This document shows positions 24,660 to 32,487 of a DNA stretch of 39,088 bases, piece by piece; the first letter of the stretch is position 1; the number at the start of each line of letters is the position of its first letter. The translations under genes were made by a program, and so were the position numbers. Under the pieces are notes generated by a model. It saw nothing but the letters and a program-made list of their open reading frames with translations. It ran no database searches and was not told the origin of the DNA. This DNA is from a virus: IMG/VR virus record IMGVR_UViG_3300027559_000001, positions 1-39,088 of that record; one strand, given 5' to 3'.

Positions 24660-24734
24660 GGGTGAAGACTAAAAAAGGAAGAAAAAATAACCTTTCGGAT
24701 CTTTCAAAAGTAAACATAATTTGAAGGATCAGCC

Positions 24735-25604
24735 ATGACCCACGAAATCCAAGATCCAGATCTCCTGGCCGAAGTTGACACAACTCAAAATTTCATTGAG
24801 CTTGATCAAGATGATATCACCTCAAACTTTACGATTATTCCCAATGCTTTGATTCGGGACAAAAATCTCTCCCCCGATTGTTGCTATCTAATTATATTTT
24901 TACTAAGTAATAGACGTGACTGGCGCATAAACACCGCGCAATTGACGAAGGTATTCAAAGGAAGAATGGGACGGGAAAAGCTCTATAATCTCCTTCGGGA
25001 AGCGATTGAAGCCGGGTATATCAATCGCGAAATAACCAAAAATGGAAATCGATATGACGGATTCAAATATACTGTCGCGTCTACACCTAAATTCAAAAAA
25101 TGTTTGCCGCATACGGGTTTTCAGGAAGCGGGAATTCAAGACGTGGAAAACCAGCACACTAAAGAAGACTATCTAGAAAGAAAACCATCTATAAGAAATA
25201 AAACCTCCTTAAAGGTTCCAAAGGAACCGGATAAGCCAAAGCCAGAAATTTCTAAAGAAGCTAAGCAACTTGGTGATTGGATGAAGGAGGCTATAAAACA
25301 AACTGCTCCCGATGTGAATTTCAACTTCAAGGAGGATTTGTATATTTCATGCGATAGCTTGATCAAAAAGTCAGGTTGGACGGCTAAGCAACTTTATGAA
25401 GTTTTCATTAAGGGACTTAAGAGTGATTTTTGGAAAGCACATCTCCTCAAAGCTAATCCTGCGCATTACCTGTCATTTAAGGATCGTTATGTCACCATCA
25501 GAGAGCAAAATAATAAATCTGAACCACAAAGGAAGTTTGCGGCAGCTTCAACGCATGAAAGTGAAATGGAAATCGCGAAGAAAATGAGACAGGGGGCTTT
25601 ATGA
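24735..25604 (+). CDS. Replication initiator / replisome organiser (winged-helix N-terminal domain)
   Basis: FTIIPNALIRDKNLSPDCCYLIIFLLSNRRDWRINTAQLTKVF...LYNLLREAIEAGYINRE is the usual phage initiator N-domain. A DnaC-like loader follows. Confidence 0.65.
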   Translation: MTHEIQDPDLLAEVDTTQNFIELDQDDITSNFTIIPNALIRDKNLSPDCCYLIIFLLSNRRDWRINTAQLTKVFKGRMGREKLYNLLREAIEAGYINREITKNGNRYDGFKYTVASTPKFKKCLPHTGFQEAGIQDVENQHTKEDYLERKPSIRNKTSLKVPKEPDKPKPEISKEAKQLGDWMKEAIKQTAPDVNFNFKEDLYISCDSLIKKSGWTAKQLYEVFIKGLKSDFWKAHLLKANPAHYLSFKDRYVTIREQNNKSEPQRKFAAASTHESEMEIAKKMRQGAL

Positions 25605-26413
25605 AAACGATGAGAAGTATTTTACAAAAAACTCTTCTTCCTCAAACTGAGCCAAAAACTGTCGACTTTATCGTCGTAATCGGTGGGTGTAAAGCGATTG
25701 AACCAACTCTTTCGAGTGAGATTTCGTGCCCGATTTGTAGCGGTCGCGAGTATTACACCTTTTTAGAAAAAGGTAAGAGGACATGGTTTTGCGCGAATGG
25801 CAATTGCGCAACCAACTCTAAAGAAAACATAAAACCACCGAAATTTTTAAAAGACCCAAACGCAAGAGCAATAGGATGGTCTCAATTTTGCGACGAGAAT
25901 GATTTAGGAGATAAATTCTATCCTGTTAATTTTCATGGAATTAAGCAATCTCAGGAAAAGATAAATTACATGAAAAAGTATTTAGAAAAACCTCAGGGCA
26001 TTATCCTCATGCAGGGTTCAAAGGGGACAGGCAAGACTTATGCTGCATTAGGCATGTGTGAATTTTACACCCGATTTAGCACTTCATGTCGATTCATGAC
26101 CCAGAAAAATCTATTCCATCAGTGGATGCAAAATCGCGATCAAATATTAAATTTTGAGATAAGATTTAAATCACCAGAACTCTTAGTGATCGACGATTTT
26201 GGAACAGGAGAAATCTCGCCAGCGTTTATGTCTTTTTTTATGGATCTTGTAAATTTTCGGGAAGGATTCACAAATAAGGGAACGATTATAACGACCAATC
26301 TTTCTCCTGAGCAAATGATTAGCTATTGCGGGGATGCACTAGCGGACCGTATTTCTGTCGGAGTTTTATTTGAATTTAAAGAGGTATCGAGAAGGGCGAA
26401 AATTTGCTTATGA
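25601..26413 (+). CDS. DnaC/IstB-like AAA+ helicase loader with an N-terminal zinc ribbon
   Basis: Walker A GSKGTGKT and Walker B LLVIDDFG. N-terminal CPICSG...FCANGNC. ATGA coupling to the initiator. Confidence 0.8.
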   Translation: MKTMRSILQKTLLPQTEPKTVDFIVVIGGCKAIEPTLSSEISCPICSGREYYTFLEKGKRTWFCANGNCATNSKENIKPPKFLKDPNARAIGWSQFCDENDLGDKFYPVNFHGIKQSQEKINYMKKYLEKPQGIILMQGSKGTGKTYAALGMCEFYTRFSTSCRFMTQKNLFHQWMQNRDQILNFEIRFKSPELLVIDDFGTGEISPAFMSFFMDLVNFREGFTNKGTIITTNLSPEQMISYCGDALADRISVGVLFEFKEVSRRAKICL

Positions 26414-26796
26414 AAACTAAAATAGAAACGCGAGATTACTTCTGTATTAAATGCGGAAATGACCACTTTATAATTGGTAAAACTTTCATAGATATCAATG
26501 ATGAAGGTTTTCATTTTGATACCCAATGCTGGCGTTGCAATGAATGTGAGTATGAGTTAATGGATAGTGATCAGATGAATATAGCTAGGATGACTCTTCT
26601 GAATGCTAAAATTAACTTCTATGAACGTAAAGTCGCAAACTTTGAAGATACCGCATCTAAACTTGCTATCGCCAAACAGAAGAAGCGGGCATTGGAGCAA
26701 GCTATACAGGCAAACCAAGAAAAACAAGGAAACAATGCACTGGTATCTAAAAACGATAGAGAGGCCCCCGCTTCCCATAAAAGTGTCGATGTGTAG
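26410..26796 (+). CDS. Zinc-ribbon protein with a coiled-coil tail
   Basis: The ATG at 26410 is ATGA-coupled to the loader stop. CIKCGN...CWRCNEC. The 3' half overlaps the RusA-like ORF out of frame. Confidence 0.6.
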   Translation: MKTKIETRDYFCIKCGNDHFIIGKTFIDINDEGFHFDTQCWRCNECEYELMDSDQMNIARMTLLNAKINFYERKVANFEDTASKLAIAKQKKRALEQAIQANQEKQGNNALVSKNDREAPASHKSVDV

Positions 26797-26995
26797 GATA
26801 TCCCCAAGAGAGTATGATTATGACAACCTAGTGGCCTCTATGAAAGAAATTAGGGATAAGATAAGTGATTGGCTAATACCGGGGTTAGCGCCTGGTAGAG
26901 CTGATAGCGATGAAAGGATTACATGGCATTACATGCAAAAGAAGGGTGAGCCTAAGGAAGTTGCGCTTGAAATCACGTTTGAAAACGTGGAATAA
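26603..26995 (+). CDS. rusA: RusA-like Holliday junction resolvase
   Basis: LPIKVSMCRISPREYDYDNLVASMKEIRDKISDWL...DSDERITWHY...ALEITFE aligns by eye with E. coli RusA ([42 protein letters not shown]...LELTITE). The N-terminus SPNRRSGHW parallels PPSNNRYYRH. Confidence 0.65.
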   Translation: MLKLTSMNVKSQTLKIPHLNLLSPNRRSGHWSKLYRQTKKNKETMHWYLKTIERPPLPIKVSMCRISPREYDYDNLVASMKEIRDKISDWLIPGLAPGRADSDERITWHYMQKKGEPKEVALEITFENVE

Positions 26996-27027
26996 ATTAC
27001 ACAAATGCGCATTAAATTGAGGAATTC

Positions 27028-27207
27028 GTGATAATCCATACATCCCCTGAAGAATGGAAGCCCAAGGCACATGAAGCAAGTATTGGAGTAAAATTCTCCC
27101 ATGACATATTCATTGCACCCGCCAAAGCGAGAGAATGGGGTATTGAATTTACGGAAGAAGATTTAGAAGATGGGCCTTGGGGTAGAGTCCTCAGGATTAA
27201 GCGTTAA
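27028..27207 (+). CDS. Small protein (59 aa, GTG start), paralogue of 35559..35777
   Basis: GAGG lies 6 nt upstream of the GTG. ASIGVKFSHDIFIAPAKAREWGIEFTEEDLEDGPWGRVLRIKR versus ATLGVKFSNDIYVTSDIAKEWGINETNAEWVPDHPLGPCWRIKR. Confidence 0.6.
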   Translation: MIIHTSPEEWKPKAHEASIGVKFSHDIFIAPAKAREWGIEFTEEDLEDGPWGRVLRIKR

Positions 27208-27312
27208 TCATTATGCCGACGCCGGCAAAAAGGCTTAGGATTAATCTAGAACCAATTCGAGCATCACCTCGAAATGATCTAGGAACTAGTAAGAAAGGCT
27301 TACAAGTTCAAT

Positions 27313-27353
27313 AATTGCGCCAAATATGCGCCGGATTAATCCAAATTGCGCCA
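27313..27353. repeat. Phased AAT(A)TGCGCC repeats around a GGATTAATCC palindrome
   Basis: AATTGCGCCA at 27313-22 and 27344-53, and AATATGCGCC at 27323-32. The TGCGCC cores are spaced 11 and 20 nt apart. The palindrome is at 27333-42, and GGATTAATC also occurs at 27238-46. Confidence 0.6.
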
Positions 27354-27376
27354 GCTATACGAAATAATCGTACAAC

Positions 27377-27646
27377 TCATGAAAACCTATCCTCCCCAAA
27401 CTTCCAGCTATGCAATTCAACTCCCGTAGTCCAATCACCACAAGCTTTGCATTCTGAAGTCTCATAAGCTACATTCTTACCTTTAAACCATCCACCAGCC
27501 TTCTTACCGCATGCAAAGCATAGGAAATGATCATCTTGCATATTCTCTATTTTCTGAGTGAAATTCGTAGTCATATTCAACATAGGGTTTAAAGGTTTGT
27601 GGAATAGGCAACCAGTATCCAAAGAAGCATATCTCATGAGTACCAC
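27377..27646 (-). CDS. Zinc-ribbon-like small protein (start uncertain)
   Basis: CFACGKK...CKACGDW. In-frame ATGs at 27583, 27574 and 27541 would reduce the 116-nt out-of-frame overlap with 27531..27728. Confidence 0.55.
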   Translation of the reverse strand: MVLMRYASLDTGCLFHKPLNPMLNMTTNFTQKIENMQDDHFLCFACGKKAGGWFKGKNVAYETSECKACGDWTTGVELHSWKFGEDRFS

Positions 27647-27728
27647 AATCGGGGCATCCCCGATTTAATACCTCATCTTTGGCTGGCATAGTGATAAAAT
27701 AATGCCATTCGCATTCGTGCTTGCACAT
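27531..27728 (-). CDS. Cys-rich small protein (65 aa)
   Basis: MCKHECEWH...GCPDCGTHEICF. First gene after a short AT-rich gap. Confidence 0.5.
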   Translation of the reverse strand: MCKHECEWHYFITMPAKDEVLNRGCPDCGTHEICFFGYWLPIPQTFKPYVEYDYEFHSENREYAR

Positions 27729-27809
27729 AGAGCCTCATTGGTTTGCTATTTAGATATCAAGGGGATATTTTAGGTGCAAGGAATAATGTTGCAGATTTGC
27801 GAAGGAAAT

Positions 27810-28016
27810 CTACTCTTTTGGTAATTCGGGGAGAGGCATCCAGTGAGTGATCCGATCTGAGAAAAAGGGACCCTCAGACTTCCAAAGACACTCATCTTGA
27901 TGAATGTTCGCGTCATAATATCTTCCGTAACAAATTTGCTCTGAATCTGTGAAAAGTAAATATTGCTCTGAATCTTCCGAAGGTGTCCTATCTTTTACAC
28001 TTATCCATTCACTCAT
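27810..28016 (-). CDS. DUF551-like protein
   Basis: EWISVKDRTP ... ITHWMPLPELP is the DUF551 signature (WISV.DRLP ... THWMPLPEPP). Confidence 0.75.
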   Translation of the reverse strand: MSEWISVKDRTPSEDSEQYLLFTDSEQICYGRYYDANIHQDECLWKSEGPFFSDRITHWMPLPELPKE

Positions 28017-28282
28017 TTCTTAGACCATTTTAGTTTTGGTTCGCTAAGATAAACATTCCTAAATTGTCTACGTCTCATCTCTTGATATGCACATTGAAGT
28101 CTATATTCTTCAACTTGCTGCTTGCGCTTTTCAGCTTCTTCCCTTTCCTTTTTCATCATATCCTCGAACCATTCTTTATTCTCTTGATATAGCTTGTAGA
28201 GTGAATCTTCGCGATTGTCTTCAAGCAGTTGGTAAGGATTGCTTACTGGTTCAGGAGATGCTCTTCGGGGAGGGCTAGCCAT
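28013..28282 (-). CDS. Charged coiled-coil protein (89 aa)
   Basis: Clean ORF, ATGA-coupled downstream. The plus-strand ORF 28087..28278 is an antisense shadow. Confidence 0.6.
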   Translation of the reverse strand: MASPPRRASPEPVSNPYQLLEDNREDSLYKLYQENKEWFEDMMKKEREEAEKRKQQVEEYRLQCAYQEMRRRQFRNVYLSEPKLKWSKK

Positions 28283-28556
28283 TATAAATTCCTATGATCA
28301 TGTCTTTCGTTTCTTTATCGAGTTTGTCTAAAATTTCATAGCCAGAAGGAAGGCATTCGGGCAAAGGAAACCATGCTTGAACTTCATATGTCTTACCAAA
28401 AGGATATTTGCGAGGCTTTCCAGTTCTTCCGAAAGGAATGTATCGCGTTATCTCATCACGCCAGACGAATCCTTCTTTATATCTCCACATGATCAAAACT
28501 TTTTGACCCTCTTGAGGAAGTCTATCCGAAATCATTATCCATTGGGGATTATCCAT
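28275..28556 (-). CDS. DUF551-like protein (divergent)
   Basis: MDNPQWIMISDRLPQEGQKVLI...QAWFPLPE. The ORF opens at 28604, but the DUF551 domain normally starts at the N-terminus, and 28556 limits the overlap to 8 nt. Confidence 0.6.
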   Translation of the reverse strand: MDNPQWIMISDRLPQEGQKVLIMWRYKEGFVWRDEITRYIPFGRTGKPRKYPFGKTYEVQAWFPLPECLPSGYEILDKLDKETKDMIIGIYNG

Positions 28557-28776
28557 GTTTATCCATGAAATCTTGAATAAATATACATTCTTTATCGGTT
28601 TCATGACATTTCTCTAATTCTTGGAGGAGATGTTCCTTACCATATATCTCATGAAGAACTTCAAGCCTTAAAGTTGATAAAACACCTAGGATGAAAATAC
28701 ATTCTTCACCCTCAAGAATTGGCTTTATTTTTGATTTTAATTCTCTTATTTTTAAAAGAACTTCATTAGCTTCCAT
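28549..28776 (-). CDS. Hypothetical protein (start uncertain; ORF opens at 28818 with TTG)
   Basis: A start at MEANEVLLKIRELK (28776) gives an 11-nt overlap with the upstream gene. An ATG at 28803 is also possible. Confidence 0.5.
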   Translation of the reverse strand: MEANEVLLKIRELKSKIKPILEGEECIFILGVLSTLRLEVLHEIYGKEHLLQELEKCHETDKECIFIQDFMDKHG

Positions 28777-29026
28777 GTTTTCTCGCAAATAAATTGGGTT
28801 CATTAGAGGGGAATTCAAATATAACAGGCTTTTTCTTATCTTTCAGCTCTTCGATATCCTGCATAAGTTTTAGGATAACTTTCCCCTGTTCTCCAAGCCT
28901 TGCAAATAATCCCTTCCTCACATTGTTAGAAATCCTAACAATATTTTGTATTTCCTGTCTCAAAATGTGAGCTTCTTCAGCACACATAGGATTTTTATCG
29001 GTAAAAAGGTCATATTGTAATGTCAT
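28766..29026 (-). CDS. Hypothetical protein (86 aa)
   Basis: Strong GAGGAG RBS 6 nt upstream of the ATG. Confidence 0.7.
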   Translation of the reverse strand: MTLQYDLFTDKNPMCAEEAHILRQEIQNIVRISNNVRKGLFARLGEQGKVILKLMQDIEELKDKKKPVIFEFPSNEPNLFARKHGS

Positions 29027-29073
29027 AAATTACTCCTCAGCATTGGGATCTGCCAAGGAGTATAAGGGGATCG

Positions 29074-29385
29074 TTATCTTTTTTCAAGATGTTTTAACCA
29101 GCTTCTTAAAGTACGCTGAATTCTGATTGGATCTCCGTTGTCTTTAGGCAAAGCAACCATCTCAATATCGACGTTTAAATCGGCATGGTCTTCATAGTAA
29201 TACCATCCAGTTTCCCTATCATATTTACATTCTTGAGCATTCACAGCTGCCTCGAGAGCTTCTTCAATATCTTCATAATATCCTACTCGATGTGAGCAAT
29301 CATCATAATAATCTTGGGTATGATGATTAACGATAAAGTAAAGCTCATCAAGTTCTTCAACTAAGTTTTTTAATTTTGCGTTCAT
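29074..29385 (-). CDS. Acidic hypothetical protein (103 aa), first gene of the second leftward block
   Basis: AAGGA lies 7 nt before the ATG at 29385 (MNAKLKNLVEELDE...). The ORF extends to 29505, but that part covers the AT-rich divergent promoter region. Confidence 0.6.
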   Translation of the reverse strand: MNAKLKNLVEELDELYFIVNHHTQDYYDDCSHRVGYYEDIEEALEAAVNAQECKYDRETGWYYYEDHADLNVDIEMVALPKDNGDPIRIQRTLRSWLKHLEKR

Positions 29386-29475
29386 TCTGACATCCTTGGT
29401 TTGAGGTTTAGGTGTTGTGTATATCAATATACTGCATATACTAAAATATGCGCAATAAAATAATGCTAAAAGAAA

Positions 29476-29486
29476 TTTGTTTACAC
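29476..29486 (+). promoter_or_regulatory. TTTGTTTACAC motif 29 nt upstream of the ParB-like/terminase operon
   Basis: Identical 11-mer at 14142-14152, at the same distance from the fibre-operon ATG. AAAATATGCGCA at 29443-54 resembles the 24058 operator repeat. Confidence 0.4.
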
Positions 29487-29514
29487 ATTTACAAGTCTCT
29501 GTCATACCGAGGGC

Positions 29515-29988
29515 ATGATTACTTGGAAACTAGAAACTAGAAAACTGAAAGAGTTGCGCGAACATCCTCGCAATCCTCGCCAACTCAAAAAAGATCAATC
29601 AGATCATTTAATGCGCTCATTATCAACCTTCGGCATTGTTGAGAAGCCCATTATCAACTTAGATAATATGATCATTGGCGGCCATCAGCGTCTTAAGATT
29701 CTTAAGAAAATGAACTTAAAAGAAATTGAATGCTGGGTTCCTGATCGAAAGCTTGAGGATCGAGAAGTTGATGAGCTTTGCATTCGTCTTAATAAAAACA
29801 CAGGCGATTGGGATTGGGATGCTTTAGGTAATCTTTGGAATCCCCCCGATTTGATTGATTGGGGCTTTCATCCTGATGAATTGCTCGAGGGTATTACAGA
29901 TAACGAAGCTGCATTAACTGAACCTGAAGATTGCGGCTCATGCGAGCTATGTGGTCAAAAGCTAAAGGGTAAAAAGAAAGATGGCTAG
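29515..29988 (+). CDS. ParB-like nuclease domain protein
   Basis: LKELREHPRNPRQL...IVEKPIINLDNMIIGGHQRLKIL is the ParB/Srx N-domain pattern. C-terminal CGSCELCG. Confidence 0.7.
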   Translation: MITWKLETRKLKELREHPRNPRQLKKDQSDHLMRSLSTFGIVEKPIINLDNMIIGGHQRLKILKKMNLKEIECWVPDRKLEDREVDELCIRLNKNTGDWDWDALGNLWNPPDLIDWGFHPDELLEGITDNEAALTEPEDCGSCELCGQKLKGKKKDG

Positions 29989-30466
29989 GAAACCAACCGG
30001 AAATCCTACAGGAAGACCAGAAAAAGAGATTGATTGGACTATGTTCGAGCAACTCTGCCACATACAATGTACACAGTCTGAAATAGCTTCCTTTTTCAAG
30101 ATTCACCATGACACTTTAGCATATCGTACCACAGCCCATTACGGGGAATCTTATTCGGATGTCTATAAAAGGTACTCAGATGGCGGTAAAATGTCTCTCC
30201 GCAGAATGCAGCTTAAGCTCGCACAAAAGAATGCTGCCATGGCTATCTGGCTCGGTAAGCAATACCTAGGTCAAAAAGATAAAGAGGCAACTGGAGAAAA
30301 TGACATTGATGCAATCAGAAAAATTGCTCAAGCTCTTAGAGACTTACCCGGAATTAAAGAAGCTGAGCGACCAGCGTTGGAGATTGGACAACCTTTATTA
30401 CATCAAGAACAGCGAAGGGAACCGAGTCCAGTTCAAGATGAATTGGGCACAAAAGGAACTCTATGA
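29981..30466 (+). CDS. terS: Terminase small subunit
   Basis: GRPEKEIDWTMFEQLCHIQCTQSEIASFFKIHHDTL (HTH) and ...LKLAQKNAAMAIWLGKQYLGQKD are typical TerS features. It lies directly upstream of terL. Confidence 0.65.
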   Translation: MARKPTGNPTGRPEKEIDWTMFEQLCHIQCTQSEIASFFKIHHDTLAYRTTAHYGESYSDVYKRYSDGGKMSLRRMQLKLAQKNAAMAIWLGKQYLGQKDKEATGENDIDAIRKIAQALRDLPGIKEAERPALEIGQPLLHQEQRREPSPVQDELGTKGTL

Positions 30467-31820
30467 CACGCTGCATAATTGCGAGATAGTCCTTAAATGC
30501 AGGCAGATCGGCATCACGACGTTCTTTGCTATCCTCCTATTAGATCAGGTGCTTTGGCATGATAACGTTTCTTGTGGCGTTATTGCTCATACCCTGGATG
30601 ATTCTAAAAGCATTTTTCAGGACAAGCTAAAATATGCTTTCGATCATCTACATCCTGCTATTCGACCCTTGTTTAAGGTTGTGGGAGATTCTGCAAAAGA
30701 GCTTGCTTTTGCTCATGGTTCAGTTATTAGGGTGGGCACTTCTTTGCGCGGTTCTACTCTTCAGTGGTTGCATATTAGTGAGTTTGGGAAGATCTGTGCT
30801 AAGGACCCTGAGAAAGCGCGGGAGATAATGACAGGCTCTTTACAGACTGTCCATGCTGGGCAGCATATATTTATTGAGTCCACTGCAGAAGGAAAAGAAG
30901 GCTACTTTTATGAGCTTTGTAAAGCCGCTTTACACCACGCTCAATCTGGTAAGCCATTTGGGGCCTTGGACTTTAAGCCGCGTTTCTTTCCTTGGAATAA
31001 GCATTATGAATATCGCCTCTCAACCGAAACGCCAATCCCTGAACATCTTGAAGAATATTTTGCTAAAATTCACCTAGAAGGCATCAAATTAACTGAAAAT
31101 CAGAAATGGTGGTATGCGAAGAAATATGAGCTACTCAAAGAAGATACCCTGCGTGAATACCCCACAACTCCGGAAGAAGCCTTCCAAGCTTCACAAGAAG
31201 GATATTGGTATGCTCGACAGATGAAAGAGCTTAGCGATCTTGGTCATATTACCAATGTCAGCTATGATAAAGCCCTTCCTGTTCATACCGCTTGGGACTT
31301 AGGCCAAGCTGATTTTATGGCTATCTGGTTCTTTCAGATTAACAGATCAGGAGACATCAATATCATCGACTATTTCGAGAAGCGAGACTGCCCAATCGAT
31401 CAGATAGCTTCTATTTTACAAGCAAAAAAATACACATATGGCGAACATATATGGCCACATGATGCTAACGCACGAGATAGAGCTGGAATCACTTTCGTCT
31501 CACAGGCGCGAGAATTTGGCCTATCTGGTATAGTACTTGAACAACATGAGGTAAAAGATGGAATCAATCTTGTCAGAGCTACCCTATCACGATGCTGGTT
31601 TGATGCCAAAAACTGCCACCGAGGGCTCATTGCTCTGGAGAGTTATAAGAAAAGATGGTCTTCGGCGATCGGGGGTTTCTCATCTGAGCCAGCCCACGAT
31701 GACGCAAGTCATGGCGCCGATTCCTTCCGCTATCTTGCAGCAGGACTTACCAAAATTGAAGCCTCTATAGGCAGTTTAAACAACGATTTGAAAGCATTAA
31801 GAGCATATTGGGGAGGATAA
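30300..31820 (+). CDS. terL: Terminase large subunit
   Basis: RLDNLYYIKNSEGNRVQFKMNWAQKELY...IVLKCRQIGITT (Walker A-like) and a C-terminal nuclease region (DLGQADFMAIWFFQ..., HDDASHGADSFRY). The start overlaps terS by up to 167 nt. Confidence 0.9.
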   Translation: MTLMQSEKLLKLLETYPELKKLSDQRWRLDNLYYIKNSEGNRVQFKMNWAQKELYDTLHNCEIVLKCRQIGITTFFAILLLDQVLWHDNVSCGVIAHTLDDSKSIFQDKLKYAFDHLHPAIRPLFKVVGDSAKELAFAHGSVIRVGTSLRGSTLQWLHISEFGKICAKDPEKAREIMTGSLQTVHAGQHIFIESTAEGKEGYFYELCKAALHHAQSGKPFGALDFKPRFFPWNKHYEYRLSTETPIPEHLEEYFAKIHLEGIKLTENQKWWYAKKYELLKEDTLREYPTTPEEAFQASQEGYWYARQMKELSDLGHITNVSYDKALPVHTAWDLGQADFMAIWFFQINRSGDINIIDYFEKRDCPIDQIASILQAKKYTYGEHIWPHDANARDRAGITFVSQAREFGLSGIVLEQHEVKDGINLVRATLSRCWFDAKNCHRGLIALESYKKRWSSAIGGFSSEPAHDDASHGADSFRYLAAGLTKIEASIGSLNNDLKALRAYWGG

Positions 31821-32020
31821 TGACTGAGAACGCGATTCATAGTTACCTTGAAAAGGGATGGTCTTATATTCAAACATCGACGACGCATGAATTCTTTGCT
31901 CCGAGAGGGAGCAAGAAAATCATTTACTCAAAACGTTTCCCGATGTTAAGGCTTGGCATTTACCCCGAGGAGGAAAATGTCAAGACATCAATGGAATGTT
32001 ACCAAAAAAGTCTATCATAA
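31820..32020 (+). CDS. Hypothetical small protein (66 aa)
   Basis: TAATG-coupled to terL. Starts with the ATGACTGAG junction motif (MTENAIH...). Confidence 0.55.
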   Translation: MTENAIHSYLEKGWSYIQTSTTHEFFAPRGSKKIIYSKRFPMLRLGIYPEEENVKTSMECYQKSLS

Positions 32021-32144
32021 GCCATTTAGGATCAAAAAAAAGTTGCATTGCTACAATCATTACTTTATATGTGAATGCTCTTGTGGGGCATCATGGCAGC
32101 AAAATATCATTGACAAGGGTGATCCATGTATCAAAGAGATTTGA
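31977..32144 (+). CDS. Cys-rich small protein (55 aa)
   Basis: GAGGAGG lies 5 nt before the ATG at 31977. It overlaps the previous ORF by 44 nt. Confidence 0.5.
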   Translation: MSRHQWNVTKKVYHKPFRIKKKLHCYNHYFICECSCGASWQQNIIDKGDPCIKEI

Positions 32145-32485
32145 AGGTAGAAGTTAAATACCTGGGCTCAAGTGAACCGATTTGGCTTACATCAATTGAT
32201 AAATCAAAAAATAAATTTAAAGGAAATAATATGTCTTGTTGCAAACATACTTCTGAAGAAAATGAAGACGAGATGCTCGAAATTTGTCTCTCTCGTAAAG
32301 ATCTCAAAATTCTTAAAGAAAAGCTTAAAGAAGGTCTAGATCAATATGATGGTGAGATTAAATATGCCACAGCTATGGTAGCCAAACATGGAAATTCATT
32401 AAGTAATTTATTAGAATATACAAATCATCTTAATGAAATTCTTCGAGCTATTAATGAAGCACAAGGCATCCAGGAAGAGGATTGA
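32126..32485 (+). CDS. Hypothetical protein (119 aa; alternative start 32231)
   Basis: Clean ORF with an acidic coiled-coil C-half. Confidence 0.6.
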   Translation: MYQRDLKVEVKYLGSSEPIWLTSIDKSKNKFKGNNMSCCKHTSEENEDEMLEICLSRKDLKILKEKLKEGLDQYDGEIKYATAMVAKHGNSLSNLLEYTNHLNEILRAINEAQGIQEED

Positions 32486-32487
32486 AT

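Noticed and set aside
24410-24669. Six (A/T)AGAC pentamers and the AAAGACGGTCTTT palindrome (24444-56) as replication-origin iterons
   Set aside because: The spacings (36, 56, 52, 21 and 91 nt) are irregular and the motif is short. The strand-asymmetric hairpins give a better-supported explanation for this gap. An origin function is not excluded.
29386-29505. 40-aa hydrophobic N-terminal extension of the 29074 ORF (MTETCKCVNKFLLALFYCAYFSICSILIY...)
   Set aside because: The internal ATG at 29385 has an AAGGA RBS. The extension would leave only 9 nt for two divergent promoters, and it coincides with AT-rich promoter-like sequence.
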